From positions 17,794,001 through 17,858,000 of the forward strand of contig OZ231126.1 in NCBI GenBank assembly GCA_965153355.1: a stretch of 64,000 nt of DNA, read 5' to 3'. The notes beneath the pieces were generated by a model. It had not been told where the DNA came from, searched no databases, and worked only from the letters and a program-made list of their open reading frames with translations. This document shows positions 57,181 through 64,000 of the stretch, piece by piece. Position 1 is the stretch's first letter. Every line of letters starts with the position of its first letter. The position numbers and the translations under genes were made by a program. The DNA is from Flaccisagitta enflata. Its lineage: Eukaryota.

Positions 57181-57205
57181 CCTGCGCGAAAGTATTGTTC
57201 AGCCA

Positions 57206-57623
57206 AACCAGGCCAACACCTTTAAGTTGCGTGCGAGACTTACAGACTAAGAATGACTTAAAATGACTTAAAATGACTTAGAATGACTTAGAATGACTTA
57301 GAATGACTTAGAATGACTAAGAATGACTTAGAATGACATAAAATGACCAAAAACGACTTAAAATGACTAAAACACTTAATTACCAAAAATAACTTAAAAT
57401 AACTTAAAATGACTTAGAATGACTCAAAATGACTTAGAATGACTCAAAATGAGTTAGAATAACTAATAATGACTAAAAAAGACTTAAAATGACCTAAGAA
57501 TTGAAGTTATATAACAAAAAAAGTAAAGTGGGACGGACCGACGGACGGACCAACGGACGGACCGACGGACGGACGGACCGACCGACAAAGCGGGGTGTAG
57601 AGTCGCGTGCACGCGACTAAAAA
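57206..57623 (-). mobile_element. HINE-like element carrying a 10-bp (AGAATGACTT)n array
   Basis: AGGCCAACACCTTTAAGTTGCGTGCGAGACT end, array ~57248-57500, (GGAC)n, then GAGTCGCGTGCACGCGACTAAAAA. Confidence 0.85.
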
Positions 57624-57937
57624 CAAAAGACCGATTTCCCTTTCTCCTCCTAAACCAAATGTTTGATAGATGAACAGCTTGAAAATTATTGGAAATGTGC
57701 TTGAGTCTTGGGTAAAAATAAGAACTGTTTTCAACAGTCAAATTACATCTGATAATAGAAATCTAAGATTAAATCATTGTTTTGCATTTTGAAACAAATG
57801 AACCACGCAGTAATATTGAAGTGAACTGCATAAAGTGATTCTCAAGAATGAGCGAAGAAAATTTCGAGAATAGGAACGAAATTTGAGGCTCGCGGGATCT
57901 AAGGCGTTCGGCAATAGTGTCAACTGCAACAGATTAG

Positions 57938-58035
<98 letters not shown>

Positions 58036-58083
58036 TGATGATGATTATGATGAGGATGTTGATGAGGATGTTGATGAAGATAT

Positions 58084-58151
<68 letters not shown>

Positions 58152-58200
58152 ATGATGAGGATGTTGATGAAGATGATGATGATGATGATAATGGTGATGT
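57938..58200. repeat. (GAT)n microsatellite
   Basis: Read directly. Confidence 0.97.
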
Positions 58201-58459
58201 ACTGCCGATCTCATTCAAATGTAAAACTGTCTTTCTATCTGACAACGTTGTCATTCGATTCTGTGAATTTGATTCTGAAATGTATACTTTCAAAAATAGC
58301 GATTTTTTTTCCTTCAAAATCGAAGCGTGGAGAAAAGAAGAGAACATTGAAATTCGACATCTGCCCGAAAAGAAAAAATGGTTTAAGACAACCACTGATA
58401 AATCGATTTGAAAAAGTGGGTGAAAAAGGATGGGTTTGTGGTATAAAGTGATCGTTGTG

Positions 58460-59040
58460 ATGGATGGGAAACATGGGCTTGAGGTGGTAACATCATCGTC
58501 ATCTTCTAGGTATTTGATAATGTGAACTGGGAAGGGAGACATGAGCTGAAGGCGATAACATCATTGTCATCCACAACGTATAATGAATGAATTGAAATGG
58601 GGGGGGGGGGGATTGGGGGAACATAGACTGGAAGCGGTTACAACATCTTTAATGTGTGAGATTATGAAATGGGGACGGCACACACGGGAAACACAGGTGG
58701 TAACATCATTGTCATACTTGACTTGTTAAATGATGTGAATTGAATAGGGAAACATGGGCTTGAGTTACTGACATCATGCATCATTGTCATCTTAAGCATA
58801 TGAAATATATTGAAACGGGGGGAGGGGGGGGGACGGGGTAACATAGGCTCATGACTCGTCTTCATCTTTCGTGTATTGGGAAGGGACGTATGGCCATAAG
58901 AAACACATGCGGTTATATCATTGTGTCTGACATGTTAGATGATGTGAATCGAAAAGGGAAACATGGGATGATATATCTAGCATCATCGTCATGTTCAACA
59001 TAATAGTTGATGTGAACTGAGAGGGGAAACATGATTCGAG
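58460..59040. repeat. Old degenerate ~68-bp tandem repeat
   Basis: Recurrent GATGTGAA..GAA.GGGAAACATGGG...TAACATCATTGTCAT. Confidence 0.65.
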
Positions 59041-59140
59041 GGCGTAATGAGACACAAGCTATAATGACAAGGGAAAAAATCAGTTGACGATGGCAATCAG
59101 TAACATTGGATACCTTCAAAGATACACATTAAAAGACATA

Positions 59141-59317
59141 CAATTAAACCCCGCTCTTATGAATTCCAAGGGACCAATAAATTTTGTCTGTTATAAGCGG
59201 ACTTCTGTTACAGCTAATGTAGGAATTAAAAGAAAACAGGTTGAAGGGACCAAGAATTGATATCTGTTTTAAGCGGAATTCCGTTAAAAGCGGGTCCTTT
59301 CGAGCGGGGTGCGACTA
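59141..59317. mobile_element. pogo/Tigger-like MITE, TA flanks
   Basis: TA-CAATTAAACCCCGCTC and GAGCGGGGTGCGACTA-TA (imperfect TIR); internal duplicated AAGGGACCAA...TCTGTT.TAAGCGGA. Confidence 0.65.
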
Positions 59318-60114
59318 TATGAAACGACACATTTAAAGATACATTAAAAAAGAAAGTCGAGTGGAGAGAGAATAGAACGAAGACTCTAAATTAGTGACTC
59401 AATCTCGTTATTCTTTTTTTTTTTTTTGAAAAGGGGGAAGGGGAAGGGGAAGGAATTGCAAGGATAAGCAACCGTATAGTTCAAGTCAGGGCATCGGGGG
59501 AAATTTTCATACTTTTTCCTAAAGTTTCGTTTTGGTAAACAATATGAAGGCGAATGGATTCCTTCAAGAATTTGTGTTATGACAACGCGTGTCTTTTTCA
59601 ATACGAAATGAAATCGCGATCCCTCAAAACTTCAAAAATTTGAGACTTTTCGAAGGAAAGAAAAACGGTTAAATTTGAAATATCAAAATAAACAGAAAGG
59701 TCCAGACAGTGTTTGATTCTAATGTATCGATTGCACCCCTCCTCCCCCCCCCCCCGAAATGCAAGAGATTTCAAGACGTTGAAAAAGACGATAAATGAGT
59801 GATGACGACGATAATGACGACAATGACGACGACGAGCGACGGGTGGCGACGAAAATGTTGCTGATGGAGACTAATTTGAAATGGCGAATATTTCAAAAGT
59901 TATGACGGGCGTGGAAAAAAAAGAGGGATAGAAGAAAAATGAAATCCTCTCAAGAAAAACGGAAAAGTGGGTCGCTAGGGCTTCTTCTTTTAATGGCGTA
60001 TATCAAATATCCATGGAAAGAAGTCCGTTCAAATTCCTTTTAGCGTTGACATCTTCATTCTTCAACGCGTGTTATGGAAAGATTCAGTGGAGCGCCGCTA
60101 GAGCGCCCCCGTTA

Positions 60115-62550
60115 CACATAGCAAGATTGGGATATACCAGAGGAAAGTTTAACCTAAAAAATACAAAATCACCCCAAATACCCCCTTTATCACCACCTCG
60201 GGCACCCCTACAACGACCCAACCCCCAAAATCACCATCACATAGCGAGATTGGGATATACCAGAGGAAAGTTTAACCTAAAAAATACAAAATCACCCCAA
60301 ATACCCCCTTTATCACCACCTCGGGCACCCCTACAACGACCCAACCCCCAAAATCACCATCACATAGCGAGATTGGGATATACCAGAGGAAAGTTTAACC
60401 TAAAAAATACAAAATCACCCCAAATACCCCTTATCACCACCTCGGAACCCCTACAACGACCAAACCCCAAAATCACCATCACATAGAGATTGGGATATAC
60501 CAGAGAAAGTTTAACCTAAAAATACAAAATCACCCCAAATACCCCTTTATCACCACCTCGGCACCCCTACAACGACCCAACCCCAAAATCACCATCACAT
60601 AGCGAGACTGGGATATACTAGAGGAAAGTTTAACCTAAAAATACAAAATCACCCCAAATACCCCTTTATCACCACCTCGGCACCCCTACAACGACCCAAC
60701 CCCCAAAATCACCATCACATAGCGAGATTGGGATATACCAGAGGAAAGTTTAACCTAAAAAATACAAAATCACCCCAAATACCCCCTTTATCACCACCTC
60801 GGGCACCCCTACAACGACCCAACCCCCAAAATCACCATCACATAGCGAGATTGGGATATACCAGAGGAAAGTTTAACCTAAAAAATACAAAATCACCCCA
60901 AATACCCTTAACACCACTCAGGCACCCTACAACGACCCAACCCCCAAAATCACCATCACATAGCGAGATTGGGATATACCAGAGGAAAGTTTAACCTAAA
61001 ATACAAAATCACCCCAAATACCCTTTATCACCACCTCGGGCACCTTACAACGACCCAACCCCCAAAATCACCATCACATAGCGAGATTGGGATATACCAG
61101 AGGAAAGTTTAACCTAAAAAATACAAAATCACCCCAAATACCCCCTTTATCACCACCTCGGGCACCCCTACAACGACCCAACCCCCAAAATCACCATCAC
61201 ATAGCGAGATTGGGATATACCAGAGGAAAGTTTAACCTAAAAAATACAAAATCACCCCAAATACCCCCTTTATCACCACCTCGGGTCGGAGCGAACACGA
61301 CCCAACCCCAAAATCACCATCACATAGCGAGATTGGGATATACCAGAGGAAAGTTTAACCTAAAAAATACAAAATCACCCCAAATACCCCCTTTATCACC
61401 ACCTCGGGCACCCCTACAACGACCCAACCCCCAAAATCACCATCACATAGCGAGATTGGGATATACCAGAGGAAAGTTTAACCTAAAAAATACAAAATCA
61501 CCCCAAATACCCCCTTTATCACCACCTCGGGCACCCCTACAACGACCCAACCCCCAAAATCACCATCACATAGCGAGATTGGGATATACCAGAGGAAAGT
61601 TTAACCTAAAAAATACAAAATCACCCCAAATACCCCCTTTATCACCACCTCGGGCACCCCTACAACGACCCAACCCCCAAAATCACCATCACATAGCGAG
61701 ATTGGGATATACCAGAGGAAAGTTTAACCTAAAAAATACAAAATCACCCCAAATACCCCCTTTATCACCACCTCGGGCACCCCTACAACGACCCAACCCC
61801 CAAAATCACCATCACATAGCGAGATTGGGATATACCAGAGGAAAGTTTAACCTAAAAAATACAAAATCACCCCAAATACCCCCTTTATCACCACCTCGGG
61901 CACCCCTACAACGACCCAACCCCCAAAATCACCATCACATAGCGAGATTGGGATATACCAGAGGAAAGTTTAACCTAAAAAATACAAAATCACCCCAAAT
62001 ACCCCCTTTATCACCACCTCGGGCACCCCTACAACGACCCAACCCCCAAAATCACCATCACATGGCGAGATTGGGATATACCAGAGGAAAGTTTAACCTA
62101 AAAAATACAAAATCACCCCAAATACCCCCTTTATCACCAACTCGGGCACCCCTACAACGACCCAACCCCCAAAATCACCATCACATAGCGAGATTGGGAT
62201 ATACCAGAGGAAAGTTTAACCTAAAAAATACAAAATCACCCCAAATACCCCCTTTATCACCACCTCGGGCACCCCTACAACGACCCAACCCCCAAAATCA
62301 CCATCACATAGCGAGATTGGGATATACCAGAGGAAAGTTTAACCTAAAAAATACAAAATCACCCCAAATACCCCCTTTATCACCACCTCGGGCACCCCTA
62401 CAACGACCCAAACCCCAAAATCACCATCACATAGCGAGATTGGGATATACCAGAGGAAAGTTTAACCTAAAAAATACAAAATCACCCCAAATACCCCCTT
62501 TATCACCACCTCGGGCACCCCTACAACGACCCAACCCCCAAAATCACCAT
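60115..62550. repeat. 123-bp satellite array, about 20 near-identical copies
   Basis: Unit CACATAGCGAGATTGGGATATACCAGAGGAAAGTTTAACC...CCCCAAAATCACCAT; GCGAGATTGG recurs at 61081 and 61204. Confidence 0.98.
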
Positions 62551-63482
62551 TATAAAGGCGTTATAAAGGCATTCTTGCCTATCAGGCGTAAAACTTGTTG
62601 TCACACGAGAGATTTTGTAGTTATTGCTATATTGGCAACAAGGAAGCTTCACTATAAGGCATGAATTTGCCAAGTATCTTAAAATGCGCTCTAGAGAAGA
62701 TTCACTCTACAACTTACGGTTCCATGAAAGATTTTGTAGTTATTTCTTTATTGGCCACAAGGCAGCTTCAATGGCATCTGAGATAATGAACCCCACTCTT
62801 TTAATTGCTTTATTTACTTTTTGTTATTTCCCATCCTGGATCTGGAATACTTAAAATACTTGCCTGAATGGGAATTCTAAAAATATTCCAGTTGAACATT
62901 TTTTTTCTCTTTTCAGCCTACGGCGTGACAATATTTTCTTAATCAGAATGAAGAAAAAAAAAACGATTTTGAAAGAAAAAATATAATGCTGGTAGAATTA
63001 AGATAATATGAGCTTCTCCTACGCAACGAGTGTTCTGAGGATTCTCCTATGTGCCATATGGCATGATTTTGATCAGTTCCTTGACATGCGCTTTAGTGGA
63101 GTTCAATTGTATTGTGTTTGTGTGTGTTTCGATTTCTACTAGAAATTTTCTAGTGTGATGTGATATATAACGAGCAACTGTCCTTGACATTTTATTGTCA
63201 AGGCCAATCAAGACATTGTTGATTAATCGTATCATTGCCGGCCTTGAATGTTCTGCAATTAAATGCCATTTTGAAATTTTCCCCAAAGAAGTTGTTAATT
63301 GGCGGTTGCGATGCCCTCTAGAGCGCGCGCGCACCCGCTAATAAGGCAATTATTAATCAGGTAATCATTTCTGTAATGGCAATGTAAGCAGGCCTGATTC
63401 TAAAGTGAGCCCGCTCTCTATTTTGCTTTCGGGCTATCATGTTTTGCTGGATGTGAGCCCAAGAGGCTCTTTCAAAGTAGGC

Positions 63483-63570
63483 TATATATATGATCTTTTA
63501 TTCGTGTTTAACATAGTAAGCACAGATCGTACGAGGCACATCAAAAAACTAAAACTACTACAGAGGTAAA
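63483..63570 (-). mobile_element. Probable LINE 3' UTR and tail
   Basis: Lies downstream of the ORF stop; has AATAAA on the minus strand (TTTATT near 63497-63502) followed by a short (TA)n run. Confidence 0.5.
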
Positions 63571-64000
63571 TCAGTTACGAGATAGGAATGAAAGTGCAGG
63601 GTTGCCAATTTGAGGCAGTCGATTTTCAAAAGTGCGTTTTCTCTTTGCAAATAGGTCCGTGACAGAAAGATAGCCAAAAGACTCTCTGAGCGTTTTTATG
63701 CTTTCCCATCTTTGATAAGAAAATATTCTTCGAATAGCGTCATTGACTGCAACGTGGAGTGAATGCATGTCTTTGTAGGGAAACGTGATTACATCAGAGG
63801 CATATGTAATAATTGGAATACATACACTGTAAAGTAACTTCATTTGTACCGTTTCGCTCGGGCCATGTAAAACATTTAGGATCGAATTTGTACTCCTATA
63901 GAAAGAACTACGTGATTTTGCCGGAGAGCAAGTAAAGTTGGTGCCAGATCTTAAATAAACACCCAGATATTTCCATTCTGAGACAAATTCTAGTGGAGCA
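63571..64000 (-). CDS. C-terminal part of non-LTR retrotransposon (LINE) ORF2 reverse transcriptase, RTE/RTEX-like; 5' part lies beyond the window
   Basis: The frame is open from the window end: APLEFVSEWKYLGVYLRSG...SSFYRSTNSILNVL...MKLLYSVCIPIITYASD...NDAIRRIF...SRN*. KYLGV is the typical last RT-domain motif of LINE RTs and is followed by a thumb-like region. Clade assignment is from recalled motif style only. Confidence 0.85.
   Translation of the reverse strand, partial: APLEFVSEWKYLGVYLRSGTNFTCSPAKSRSSFYRSTNSILNVLHGPSETVQMKLLYSVCIPIITYASDVITFPYKDMHSLHVAVNDAIRRIFSYQRWESIKTLRESFGYLSVTDLFAKRKRTFENRLPQIGNPALSFLSRN

Noticed and set aside
61087..62664. 525-aa ORF as a protein-coding gene
   Set aside because: It arises from a 123-bp unit divisible by three, begins at a non-ATG codon and shows almost no synonymous variation; retained only as a low-level finding.

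Overview
Repeat-saturated, essentially non-coding eukaryotic (most likely invertebrate animal) DNA. There is no prokaryotic gene organisation, CRISPR array or rRNA. Almost every ORF in the supplied track is an artefact of microsatellites or satellites. The only recognisable protein-coding sequence is the C-terminal part of a non-LTR retrotransposon reverse transcriptase ORF at the right edge (minus strand). The window contains: (i) at least 15 copies of a non-autonomous element with DINE-1/HINE (Helentron-type rolling-circle) architecture, some of which carry large internal tandem arrays; (ii) a 5.3 kb three-part nested foldback structure at 1.1-6.4 kb; (iii) about ten TIR MITEs with readable target-site duplications (TA, 4 bp, 8 bp); (iv) an 80-bp satellite (~5.8 kb) and a 123-bp satellite (~2.4 kb); (v) many micro- and minisatellites; and (vi) a 10-N gap, with signs of long-read error in some repeat tracts. 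The most notable observations are co-varying paired ends among the HINE-like subfamilies, their role as carriers of modular satellite arrays, and the nested foldback composite. All alignments were made by eye; no database searches were run.
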